Source: an uncultured Enterobacteriaceae bacterium (GTDB lineage Bacteria; Myxococcota_A; UBA796; SXON01). Taken from it: a stretch of DNA of 64,000 nt. A program made the translations under genes and the position numbers. This document shows positions 46,515 through 55,595 of this stretch, piece after piece. Below the pieces are notes generated by a model. The model saw nothing but the letters and a program-made list of their open reading frames with translations, had not been told where the DNA came from and searched no databases. Numbering within the stretch: position 1 is the first letter of the stretch; the number at the start of each line of letters is the position of its first letter. The stretch spans positions 2,534-66,533 of the forward strand of contig CAYWGD010000026.1 in NCBI GenBank assembly GCA_964457335.1. Direction: 5' to 3'.

Positions 46515-48985
46515 TCCGCTTCCCGCTGGCGCTCCTGCTCGCCGCGTGCACTGCGCCGAAGGGCGACGACACCCCGGTGGATCCCGACGACACGGACGTC
46601 GACACGGCGGACACCGCCGACTCCGGCGACACCGACTCCGGCGACACCGACTCCGGCGATACCGACTCCGGCGACACCGCCGCGCCCGACCCGGGCGCGC
46701 ACGCCTGGGGCGCGTCCTTCGACGCGGCCGACCTCACCATCGAGGCGTGCGGCAGCAACGACAACGGCACGCATGCCCTCGCGCCGGGCCCCGACCTCGA
46801 CGGCGACGGCCTCGGCGAGCTCGCGATCGGCGCGCCCGGGAACGACACGCGCGGCACGAACGACGGCGCGGTGTATGTGCTAGCCGGGAGCATGGTGGCC
46901 GACGGCGCGCGGAGCTGGGACGCGATCACGATCGTGGTCCCCGCCGAGAGCACGGAGGGCTTCGGCACGTCCGTGACGTGGGTGGGGGACCGCGACGGCG
47001 ACGGGCTCGACGACCTCGTGGTGGGCTCGAACTCCGGCGGCTTGTGGACCGTCTCGGGCGCGGACCTGCTCGCCGGCGGCGAGGTCACACCTCGCGCGCG
47101 CATCGAGGCCGAGAACGTGCGCTTCGCGCGCTGGGCGGACGTGGACCTCGACGGGGTCGACGACTGGTTGTTCGGCTTCCCGGAGGAGGGGCCCGACGGC
47201 GACTCGTCGGGGGAGGGCGTCATCGCCGTGGTGCGGGACGCCGACTTCACGCTCGACGGCATCACCCGGAGCGAGGTGGCGTACGGGACGGACCTCCGCT
47301 CCGGTGCCGGCGACACGCTCACGGTCCTGCACGAGGACTGGGACGGCGACGGCCTCCCGGAATTCGCCACGATCCTCTACGACGACCTGCACGTCATCGG
47401 CTCTGCGGCCTTTCTGGCCGGGACCGAGCGGCTCGTGGACGCGGCGCTCACCGACGCGACCTGGCTGTCGGGCCACCAGGTCCTCGCGCCCGGGGACATC
47501 GACGGGGACGGGCTCGACGAGCTCGTGGTGTTCGACGACAACAACAAGGTCTGCGTCATCAACGGCACGGACGCCGACGGTGACGAGAAGATCTGCATCC
47601 GGGACGTCGGGCTCGGGCCGAGCGCGGCGGCGCTTGGCGACGACCTCGACGGCGACGGCGTGCCCGAGCTCTGGTTCCGCCGCGACGGCTGGCTCGTCGC
47701 GCAGGATCTGGGCGCCTTGTCCCAGGGCATCGAGCTCGAGCTCGCGCGCGTCGCGACCCCGGACACGCCGTACCGGCTCGCCACGCACGAGGGGCTCGTG
47801 TGGGTGAGCGCCTACCTGATCGACGGGGTCGAGGAGGACCTCGGCTGGGCGTACACCCAGTCGTTCACGCCGCAGCGCACGCTCACGCTGCGCGGCGGGA
47901 AGTACGGCGGCTCCCCGCGCTTCGTCGAGTGGCGCGACGTGACCGGCGACGGCGCGGTCGATCTCCTGCTCGACGACGAGTCGGGTGGCAGCCTCGCGCT
48001 GTTCGACGGCGCGACGCTCGCCGCGGGAGGCACCTACCAGTGGTGCGACGCCACCGCGTCCCGTGCGTGGAGCACCGTCGGCTGGTACTGGCTCGACGAC
48101 GTCGACGGGGACGGCGCCGCGGACGTGTTCTGGGTGGACCAGCAGGAGGACGACAGCTACCTCGTGCAGCTCTGGTCGGGGCGCGTGGCGGTGGGCCTGG
48201 AGGACGGCGAGACCCCGATCGCCTCGTGGACCACGGAGGCGAACCTCGCCCGCCTGGAGCAGTGCGACGTCGACGGAGACGGCCAGGACGACTTCTACGC
48301 CCGGGGCACGGAGTACGCGATCCTGTCGGGCCACCCCTCGCCGGACGGCACGCTCCCGCGGCTCGGTGCTCTGCCCATCTCGGACACCTTGTGGTGCCTG
48401 CCCGACGTGGACGGCGACGGGCGCGACGAGCTCTACACCGAGCAATGGGACGTGTATCACTTGTATCACGCGTCCCAGCTCGACCCGGCGGTCTCCACAC
48501 GCGCGGAGGACGCCTGGCTCACGATCGGCGGCGAGATGGAGGACCCGGAGCCCATCCACGCGCCCGATGGCGTCGGCGGGCGCGTGGGCTGGTGGTTCCG
48601 CGTGGACGGGGGCTACCAGCTCTGCCTGCTCGATCTCGACGGCCTCTCCGGCGACATCGACGTCGCGGACGTGCCGCAGACCTGCCTGCCCGACCTCTAC
48701 TTCCGCGCCGGCACGACTGCCTGGCTCGACGCGGCGGTCGGCGACGCCACGCTCGACATCCTGATCCACGGCACGTCGGCCGCCCGCGACGAGTCCGTGC
48801 GTGTCGTGGACGGCGCGACGCTCGGAGCCTCCACGATCCTGGTCGCCGAGGCCACTGGTCAGGCAGGGCCCGGGCCCGACCTGCTCGGCGTGGGGGCCGG
48901 CGCCATCTGGAGCGTCCGAAACGATCCCGACGGATCCGGCGCGGACATCCTCGACGTGGTCTACGCCCGCGCGTCGGAGGAGTGA
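46511..48985 (+). CDS. FG-GAP-like repeat lipoprotein, paralog 3 of 3
   Basis: GTGA overlap; MIRFPLALLLAAC; collinear with the two upstream paralogs. Confidence 0.8.
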   Translation: MIRFPLALLLAACTAPKGDDTPVDPDDTDVDTADTADSGDTDSGDTDSGDTDSGDTAAPDPGAHAWGASFDAADLTIEACGSNDNGTHALAPGPDLDGDGLGELAIGAPGNDTRGTNDGAVYVLAGSMVADGARSWDAITIVVPAESTEGFGTSVTWVGDRDGDGLDDLVVGSNSGGLWTVSGADLLAGGEVTPRARIEAENVRFARWADVDLDGVDDWLFGFPEEGPDGDSSGEGVIAVVRDADFTLDGITRSEVAYGTDLRSGAGDTLTVLHEDWDGDGLPEFATILYDDLHVIGSAAFLAGTERLVDAALTDATWLSGHQVLAPGDIDGDGLDELVVFDDNNKVCVINGTDADGDEKICIRDVGLGPSAAALGDDLDGDGVPELWFRRDGWLVAQDLGALSQGIELELARVATPDTPYRLATHEGLVWVSAYLIDGVEEDLGWAYTQSFTPQRTLTLRGGKYGGSPRFVEWRDVTGDGAVDLLLDDESGGSLALFDGATLAAGGTYQWCDATASRAWSTVGWYWLDDVDGDGAADVFWVDQQEDDSYLVQLWSGRVAVGLEDGETPIASWTTEANLARLEQCDVDGDGQDDFYARGTEYAILSGHPSPDGTLPRLGALPISDTLWCLPDVDGDGRDELYTEQWDVYHLYHASQLDPAVSTRAEDAWLTIGGEMEDPEPIHAPDGVGGRVGWWFRVDGGYQLCLLDLDGLSGDIDVADVPQTCLPDLYFRAGTTAWLDAAVGDATLDILIHGTSAARDESVRVVDGATLGASTILVAEATGQAGPGPDLLGVGAGAIWSVRNDPDGSGADILDVVYARASEE
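46619..46678 (+). repeat. 15-bp tandem repeat GACTCCGGCGA(C/T)ACC x4 (DSGDT linker)
   Basis: Directly visible. Confidence 0.9.
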
Positions 48986-49084
48986 GCGGGGCAGCCGCTC
49001 CGCGCTGCGGCGACGGGGGTGCCGGGTGGGGCGCCGGCGGCTCGGGTGGCCGCTCGCGCCGCCAGGGTGCAGCGCCACGTGAGT

Positions 49085-49121
49085 GCGGGGGGCGTTGCGG
49101 GGGGCGGAGCCCCCCGCCCCA
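49085..49121. repeat. REP-like hairpin GGGGCGTTGCGGGGGGC-GGA-GCCCCCCGCCCC (copy 2)
   Basis: 9-bp stem at 49097-49117; similar to 31403-31444; lies between convergent genes. Confidence 0.65.
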
Positions 49122-49134
49122 AGAAGAAGCAGCC

Positions 49135-50358
49135 CTACGATCCCGGGAAGGTCGACCGGAGCACGGCGAGGCCCTCGGCGGAGAGGCCGGCCCGGGCGAG
49201 GGACCACTTGAGCGAGGCGGGCACGTCGCGGAAGAGGGTCCATAGGACGCGGCGGAGCGCGGGCGCGGGGTGGCGGTCGGAGAGGTAGCCGGCCCAGTCG
49301 GCGGCGGGGAGGCGGAAGAAGGCGTCGAAGAAGGCGCGGGTGGTGGGCGGATCCATGGCGAGGAGCGCCTCGAGGCCGAAGCGGTACAGCGCGCGGCGGG
49401 CGCGGCGGTCGGGGGGCCAGAGCGCGTCCCAGCCGGCGGCGACGGCGCGGGCGGGGCCGTCGGAGAGGCCGGCCACGACGGCGTCGGCGAGGCGGTCGGC
49501 GGCACCGAGGACGCGCGGGAGGAGGTAGCCGGTGGCGGGGTGGACCATCCCCGCGGCGGCGCCGAAGCCGAGCACGCGCGGGTCGGCGGGGATGGCGCCC
49601 CCCATCGTGATGGAGACCCACTCCTCCTGGGGATCGGCGGGCGCGCGGACGCCGAGGGCGGCGAGGCGGCGATCGAGGCGCGCGCGGAGGAGGTCGGCGG
49701 GGACGGCGGGGCGGGCGGCGAGGGCGGTCTCCTCGACGAAGACGCGGCCGTCGGCGAGCGGGAGGACGTAGAGGAAGGTGGGCGGGGCGTCGTCGGCGCC
49801 GAGGGGCGCGGGGTCGAAGTCCATGAGGACGGCGCGGTCGGCGGGCCAGGGGGTCGGGCCGTCGAGGTGGCGGCCGACGGCGGTCTGGAAGGCGGGCGCG
49901 GGCCGGGACGGGGGGCGAAGGAGCGCGGAGGGCTGGCCGGTGGCGTCGATCACGACGGCGGCGGCGACGGTGCCGTCGGCCAGCGCGAGCTCGGTGTGGG
50001 TGGCGTGGTGGGTGGCGCCGCGCACGGTGGTGGGGAAGCGCGCGGCCGCGGCGGCCCGGGCGGCGAGGCGCGCGGCGAGGCGGGCCTTGTCGACGCGGGC
50101 GTAGGCGCGGTCGAGGTCGTGGCGGCGGCCCCCGCCGAAGGACGCGACGGCGCCGGGCCAGCGCTGGTCGACGACGTCGGCGTGGCCGACCTCCGCGAGC
50201 TCGTCCTCCCAGGCGCAGTAGGTGGGGCGCCAGGCGGGCGGGCCGTCCCCGAGGTCGGGCGCCACGAGCCCGACGCGGAGGCCCCGATCGAGCAGCGCGG
50301 CGGCCACGGCGAGCCCCGCGGGACCGGCGCCGAGCACGAGGACGTCGAGGCCGGGCAT
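49135..50358 (-). CDS. crtY: Lycopene beta-cyclase (monomeric CrtY/CrtL family)
   Basis: DVLVLGAGPAGLA, YCAWEDE, VIDATG, FQTAVG, LMDF, TFLYVLP...FVEET, GAAAGMVHPATGY. Confidence 0.85.
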   Translation of the reverse strand: MPGLDVLVLGAGPAGLAVAAALLDRGLRVGLVAPDLGDGPPAWRPTYCAWEDELAEVGHADVVDQRWPGAVASFGGGRRHDLDRAYARVDKARLAARLAARAAAAARFPTTVRGATHHATHTELALADGTVAAAVVIDATGQPSALLRPPSRPAPAFQTAVGRHLDGPTPWPADRAVLMDFDPAPLGADDAPPTFLYVLPLADGRVFVEETALAARPAVPADLLRARLDRRLAALGVRAPADPQEEWVSITMGGAIPADPRVLGFGAAAGMVHPATGYLLPRVLGAADRLADAVVAGLSDGPARAVAAGWDALWPPDRRARRALYRFGLEALLAMDPPTTRAFFDAFFRLPAADWAGYLSDRHPAPALRRVLWTLFRDVPASLKWSLARAGLSAEGLAVLRSTFPGS

Positions 50359-50440
50359 GGGCGCTCCTAACCTCCGGACGGGCGCGTGCGGACGCCGAGG
50401 AGCTTGACAGCGGCGGCCGGGTGCGCAACGTGCGCCCCCG

Positions 50441-53400
50441 ATGCACCCGGCCCTCGGCGCCAACGACACCCCGGCCGCCCTCGCGGCGAGCGCGACCCGC
50501 CTCGGGCTCGACCCGGTGCTGGACGCGCGGCTGCTCGACTGGTTCGAGGCGAGCGGGCTCTCGCCCCTGACCCTCCGCCTCGTGCAGCGGCTCGCGCTCA
50601 CGCAGGGCTGCGGGACGCCGCGCGCGCTGCTCGAGCAGCCCCGGGTGTGGGACGCGCTCGGGCGGGGCGTGGCGCGCACGGTCCTCGACGACCTGGGCGA
50701 GTGGATGGCGGGCGTGGCGGCGCGGGACGGGCTCCTCGCGAAGGCGCCGGAGGTGGCGCCGGCGGGGGCGGAGCGGGCGGGTGCGGGCCGCGCGGCGTCG
50801 GAGGCGGACGTGGCGCATGCGCGCGCGGGGGTGAACGTGGCCCCGACGGGGGCCGTGCTGGCGCCGGGGATGTCCCTGGCGGCGCTGCGCGCGTGGGCGG
50901 AGGCGCGGCAGGTGACGCCGGAGCTCGCGCGGGGGGCCCGGGTGCTCGACGATCGCGTGGTCGGGCGCGCCCGCCACTGGTTCTGGCGCGCGCCGAGCGC
51001 GACGATCGCCGACGTGGTGACCGCCGCGCCGCGGCGTCCGGGCGCGGACGCGGTGCCCGAGGAGATCCAGGAGGCGGCGGTCGAGTGGCTGGACGAGCGC
51101 GCGAAGCGCGTGGCCCGGGCGCTGCTCGACGAGCGGGCGGCGCTGGAGGGCCGGGCGCCGCCCGAGGAGGCGCCGCTCCGGGCGCTCTGGGAGCGCGTGA
51201 CGGAGGCACGGCGTGTGTTGCGCGAGCAGGTGCTCCCGATCCCGTCGGACGAGGCCGAGCGGATCGTGCTGTTGCGATCGGAGGATCCCCCGACGTGGGC
51301 CGTGCGCGACAGCTGGCTGCGCGTGTGTGACCGCGGGGGCGCGTCGATCGCGGGGGTGCGGCTCCAGGCGGGCGCCGACGAGCCGCTCCTCACGTGCAAC
51401 TGCGGCGGCGAGGCGCGCTGCGCGCTCGGGCTGACGGCCCTCGACTCGCTGCACGACGCGCTGGGGCGGCCGGGCCACCCGGAGCGGGCGTGGCTCCGCG
51501 AGGTGCTCGGCACGCCCGCGTGGCGACGCGCGCTGGCGGACCTGGACGCGTTGCTCGTGACCGAGGAGCCGGACGACGGCGTGCCGGGCTGGCGCGTGGA
51601 CCCCGACCGCGCCGAGGTGACGCCGCTCTGGTGCCGGCCGAAGAAGCGCGGGGAAGGCTGGAAGCTGACGAAGGTGACCCTCGACGAGCTCGTGCAGGCG
51701 CCGGCGCGGTGGTCGTCCCCCGCGGACCGGGACGTGCGCGACCTCTTGCTGGCGGACCGGGAGGGCGTCGCGTTCGCCGCCATGCTCTCGCGGCTCGTCG
51801 GGCACCCGCGCGTGTTCCTCGGGAGCGAGCGGGTGCCGGTGCGGCGCTCGCCGATCGGCGCGGACTGGAACCCCACGGACGACGGCGGCGTGCGCGTCGG
51901 GCTGCGCGTGGGGGAGCGGCCGATCGAGGCGGAGGAGCTGGCCGACCTGCTCGGGGACGACGGCTGGTACGTGCTCCACGACGACGACGGCTTCGACGTG
52001 TTCGCGTCCGACCGCGCGACCGCGGCGTTCGTGCATGCGCTCGCGCGCCGCGGGCAGGTGTTCCCGGCGGAGGCCGCGGAGGCGCTGCTGGCGCGGCTCG
52101 AGCCGCTCTCGCGGGTGATCCCGGCGCGGGTGGCGCCGCAGCTGCGCGGCCGGGCCAAGGAGCCGGACGACCGGCCGTTGTTGCGGCTCGATCCGCTCGG
52201 GGAGGGCGGGCTGCTCGTGACCGCGCTGGTGCGGCCGCTCGCGGGCGGGCCGGCGTTCCCCCCGGGGGAGGGGCCCGACGAGCTGCACGCGGGGGTCGGC
52301 GAGGGGCGGGTGCACGTGCAGCGGGTGCGCGCGGCCGAGCCGGGCCGCGTGCGCGCGGCGATCGCGGGGCTGCCGCTGCCGGCGGGGGCGGAGGGGCCGG
52401 CGTTCACGTGGACGCTCGGCGACGCGGAGGCGGCGCTCGACCTCGCGAGCGCGCTCCAGGGGCGGCCGATCGTGGTGGAGTGGGCCGGCCCGCCGCGCCG
52501 GACGAAGACCGTCGGGGCGCGCGATTTGCGGCTGCAGGTGACGAGCGCGCGGGATTGGCTCGACGTGGGCGGCGGCATCGAGGTGGATGGGGCGACGGTG
52601 CAACTCGGGGCGCTGCTCTCCGCGGTGCTGGCGGGGCGGCGGTACGTGGCCGTGGACGGCGAGTCGTGGGTGCGCATCGGCGACGAGCTCTCGGCGCAGC
52701 TCGCGGCCGTGGCGGAGGTCGCGGAGGCCGGCGGCGGGGGCGCGGAGGTGCCGAAGCTCGCGGCGCCGGTGCTCGACGGGCTCCAGGCCGCGGGCGCGGC
52801 GATCGAGGCCCCGATGGGCTGGGACGACCTGATCCAGCGGGCGCGCGCGGCGGAGGGCTGGGAGCCGGAGGTGCCGGCCGGGCTCGCGGCGGAGCTGCGC
52901 GACTACCAGCGGGCGGGTTTTGCGTGGATGGCGCGGCTCGCGCGCTGGGCGCCCGGGGCCTGCCTCGCCGACGACATGGGCCTGGGCAAGACGGTGCAGG
53001 CGCTGGCGCTGCTCGTGCACCGCGCGGAGCTCGGCCCCGCGCTGATCGTGGCGCCGACGTCCGTGGGCTTCAACTGGATCCGCGAGGCGGCGCGTTTCGC
53101 CCCCGGGCTGCGGGTGCGCGCGCTCCGCGGGGCCGACCGGCGCGCGATGCTGGCGGACCTGGGGCCCGGGGACGTGCTCGTCACGAGCTGGGACCTGCTC
53201 CCGCGCGACATCGACGCGCTGGCGGAGGTGCGCTTCGGGACGGCGGTGCTCGACGAGGCCCAGGCGATGAAGAACGCGACGACGGCCCGGGCGAAGGCCG
53301 CGGCGCGGCTGGTCGCGGACTTCCGCGTGGCGCTCACCGGTACGCCGGTCGAGAACCGGGTGAGCGAGCTCTGGAGCCTGTTCCGCGTGGTCGCGCCGGG

Positions 53401-54283
53401 GCTCCTCGGGAGCTGGGAGCGCTTCCGGACCCGCTTCGCGAGCGCGATCGAGCGCGACGGGGACACGCGGCGGCGGGCGGCGCTGGCGCGGCTCATCCGG
53501 CCGTTCCTCCTGCGGCGCGTGAAGTCCGAGGTCGCGCGCGAGCTGCCGCCACGCACCGACGTGAACGTGGAGGTGCTGCTCTCGCGCGAGGAGCGGCAGC
53601 TCTACGACGCCGCGCGCGCCACGTTCGCGGCCCAGCTCGCCGACGACGCGGGCCCGCCCGAGCAGCGGCGCTTCAAGGTGCTCGCCGCCCTGACGCGGTT
53701 GCGGCAGCTGGCGTGCCATCCCCGCCTGCTGGATCCGGAGACGACCGTGCCCTCGTCCAAGCTCGGGCGGCTCGTGGAGATCGTGGCGGAGCTGCGCGAG
53801 GAGGGGCACCGCGCGCTCGTGTTCAGCCAGTTCACGCGGCAGCTCGCGCTCGTACGGGAGGTTTTGACGGCGGCGGGCGTGCCGCTCCGCTACCTGGACG
53901 GCGAGACGCCCGAGGCGAAGCGGCGCGCGGAGGTCGACGCCTTCCAGCGCGGGGAGGGCGACGTGTTCCTCATCTCGCTCAAGGCGGGCGGCACCGGGCT
54001 CACGCTGACCGCGGCCACGTACGTGATCCACCTCGACCCGTGGTGGAACCCCGCCGTGGAGGACCAGGCCAGCGACCGCGCCCACCGCATCGGGCAGACG
54101 CAGCCCGTCACCGTGTACCGGCTCGTGGCGAAGGGCACGATCGAGGAGAAGATCCTCGCGCTCCACGGGGAGAAGCGGGCGCTCGTGGAGGGGCTGCTCG
54201 AGGGCACGGGCGAGGCCGCCACGCTCGGCACGGACGAGCTGGTCGCGCTCCTGACCGCGCCCGACGAGGCCGACGAGGTGTAG
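50441..54283 (+). CDS. SNF2-family DNA-dependent ATPase with degenerate SWIM-like region
   Basis: LADDMGLGKT, VLDEAQ, LTGTPVEN, FSQF, SLKAGGTGLTLTAA, DPWWNPAVEDQASDRAHRIGQ; CNC...C at the SWIM position. Confidence 0.92.
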   Translation: MHPALGANDTPAALAASATRLGLDPVLDARLLDWFEASGLSPLTLRLVQRLALTQGCGTPRALLEQPRVWDALGRGVARTVLDDLGEWMAGVAARDGLLAKAPEVAPAGAERAGAGRAASEADVAHARAGVNVAPTGAVLAPGMSLAALRAWAEARQVTPELARGARVLDDRVVGRARHWFWRAPSATIADVVTAAPRRPGADAVPEEIQEAAVEWLDERAKRVARALLDERAALEGRAPPEEAPLRALWERVTEARRVLREQVLPIPSDEAERIVLLRSEDPPTWAVRDSWLRVCDRGGASIAGVRLQAGADEPLLTCNCGGEARCALGLTALDSLHDALGRPGHPERAWLREVLGTPAWRRALADLDALLVTEEPDDGVPGWRVDPDRAEVTPLWCRPKKRGEGWKLTKVTLDELVQAPARWSSPADRDVRDLLLADREGVAFAAMLSRLVGHPRVFLGSERVPVRRSPIGADWNPTDDGGVRVGLRVGERPIEAEELADLLGDDGWYVLHDDDGFDVFASDRATAAFVHALARRGQVFPAEAAEALLARLEPLSRVIPARVAPQLRGRAKEPDDRPLLRLDPLGEGGLLVTALVRPLAGGPAFPPGEGPDELHAGVGEGRVHVQRVRAAEPGRVRAAIAGLPLPAGAEGPAFTWTLGDAEAALDLASALQGRPIVVEWAGPPRRTKTVGARDLRLQVTSARDWLDVGGGIEVDGATVQLGALLSAVLAGRRYVAVDGESWVRIGDELSAQLAAVAEVAEAGGGGAEVPKLAAPVLDGLQAAGAAIEAPMGWDDLIQRARAAEGWEPEVPAGLAAELRDYQRAGFAWMARLARWAPGACLADDMGLGKTVQALALLVHRAELGPALIVAPTSVGFNWIREAARFAPGLRVRALRGADRRAMLADLGPGDVLVTSWDLLPRDIDALAEVRFGTAVLDEAQAMKNATTARAKAAARLVADFRVALTGTPVENRVSELWSLFRVVAPGLLGSWERFRTRFASAIERDGDTRRRAALARLIRPFLLRRVKSEVARELPPRTDVNVEVLLSREERQLYDAARATFAAQLADDAGPPEQRRFKVLAALTRLRQLACHPRLLDPETTVPSSKLGRLVEIVAELREEGHRALVFSQFTRQLALVREVLTAAGVPLRYLDGETPEAKRRAEVDAFQRGEGDVFLISLKAGGTGLTLTAATYVIHLDPWWNPAVEDQASDRAHRIGQTQPVTVYRLVAKGTIEEKILALHGEKRALVEGLLEGTGEAATLGTDELVALLTAPDEADEV

Positions 54284-54324
54284 GAGCCCCTGGCGAACGG
54301 CGGAGCCGGCGGTACAGTCTGTCG

Positions 54325-55551
54325 GTGCTCCTCCTCCTCGCCTGCGCGCCGGGCTCCATCGTCCTCCCGCCGGAAGCCACGCCGCCGGTCGTGGACTCCG
54401 GCGTCGTCGAGGCACCCGAGCGCATCGGCGCGGCGCCCGACACCGGCGAGGAGCCCGGGGACGTGCCGGACGTGCTCTTCGAGGAGGGCCGCGTCAACCG
54501 GCTGGCGTTGGAGCTCGACGCGGACGCGCTGAGCGACATCCGGCGGGACGGCTCGCAGTACGTGCCCGCCACGCTCGTGTACGAGGGCCGGAGCTGGGAG
54601 GTGGCGATCCGCGTGAAGGGGTCGAGCACCTGGTCGGACTTCACCGCGAAGCCGTCGCTCGTGGTGGACGTGAACCGGCTCGTGCCCGACCAGGAGTTCA
54701 TGGGGCTGAAGCGGTTCAACCTCCACAACCAGATCATCGACCCGATGATGATGTCGGAGGTGATGTCCTACCGCTACCTGCGCGACGCGGGGCTCCCGGC
54801 GTCGCGCGCGGGCTACGCGCGGCTCACGGTGAACGGCGCGGACTACGGCCTCTACAGCACGGTCGAGGCCATCAACGACGACTTCCTGGAGAGCTGGTTC
54901 GCGGATCCCGACGGCAACCTCTACGAGAACGGCTGGCAGGACTGCGATCTCGACGACGCCGACTGCTTCGAGCCCGAGGAGACCGACGAGGGGGACGACG
55001 ACGCGCTCTACGCGTTGGAGGCGGCCGCGCGCCTGAACGGGGAGGAGTGGGAGGCGGCGATGCGGGAGAAGCTCGATTGGGAGCTGTTCATCCGCTCGCT
55101 CGCCATGGACGCGCTCATCGCCCACTGGGACGGCTACGCCTACGACCGATCCAACTACCACCTCTACCACGACCCCACGGCGGACAAGTGGACGTTCATC
55201 CCGCAGTCCATGGACCTGGACTACGGGTGGCGGCCGTGGAGCTACCCGACCTGCGGCCGCTACGGGGTGGACCCCGCCGACTACACCGAGGGGATGCTCG
55301 GGCGGAAGTGCCTCGCGAGCGAGACGTGCCGCGCCGAGTACGTGGCGGAGCTGCTCCGACTGAACGACCAGTTCGAGGCCGCGGACCCGGTCGCGCGGGT
55401 CGACACGTTGTACGCGCTCATCGCCGACGAGGTCGCGTCCGACCGGCGCAAGGAGTACGACACCGAGGACTTCGAGGCGCACGTCGCATGCGTGCGGGCC
55501 TGGGTCGAGCAGCGCCCGGACGAGATCCGCGCGTGGGCCGCCGGGCAGTAG
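54325..55551 (+). CDS. CotH kinase family lipoprotein
   Basis: IRVKGSS, KPSL, LKRFNLHN, SEVMSY, PASRAGYARLTVNG..YGLY..VE, GNLYE, HWDGY...NYHLY. Start re-assigned to GTG 54325 (MLLLLAC). Confidence 0.82.
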   Translation: MLLLLACAPGSIVLPPEATPPVVDSGVVEAPERIGAAPDTGEEPGDVPDVLFEEGRVNRLALELDADALSDIRRDGSQYVPATLVYEGRSWEVAIRVKGSSTWSDFTAKPSLVVDVNRLVPDQEFMGLKRFNLHNQIIDPMMMSEVMSYRYLRDAGLPASRAGYARLTVNGADYGLYSTVEAINDDFLESWFADPDGNLYENGWQDCDLDDADCFEPEETDEGDDDALYALEAAARLNGEEWEAAMREKLDWELFIRSLAMDALIAHWDGYAYDRSNYHLYHDPTADKWTFIPQSMDLDYGWRPWSYPTCGRYGVDPADYTEGMLGRKCLASETCRAEYVAELLRLNDQFEAADPVARVDTLYALIADEVASDRRKEYDTEDFEAHVACVRAWVEQRPDEIRAWAAGQ

Positions 55552-55595
55552 GCGTCCGGACGCGGCGGGCCCGGAGGCGCTAAGCTCCCGGCGCC

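Noticed and set aside
46880-54415. 2511-aa - strand ORF (also 59002-62352, 55281-58199, 11228-14248, 40067-42727)
   Set aside because: Shadow or alternative-frame ORFs overlapping well-supported genes; low-complexity translations.
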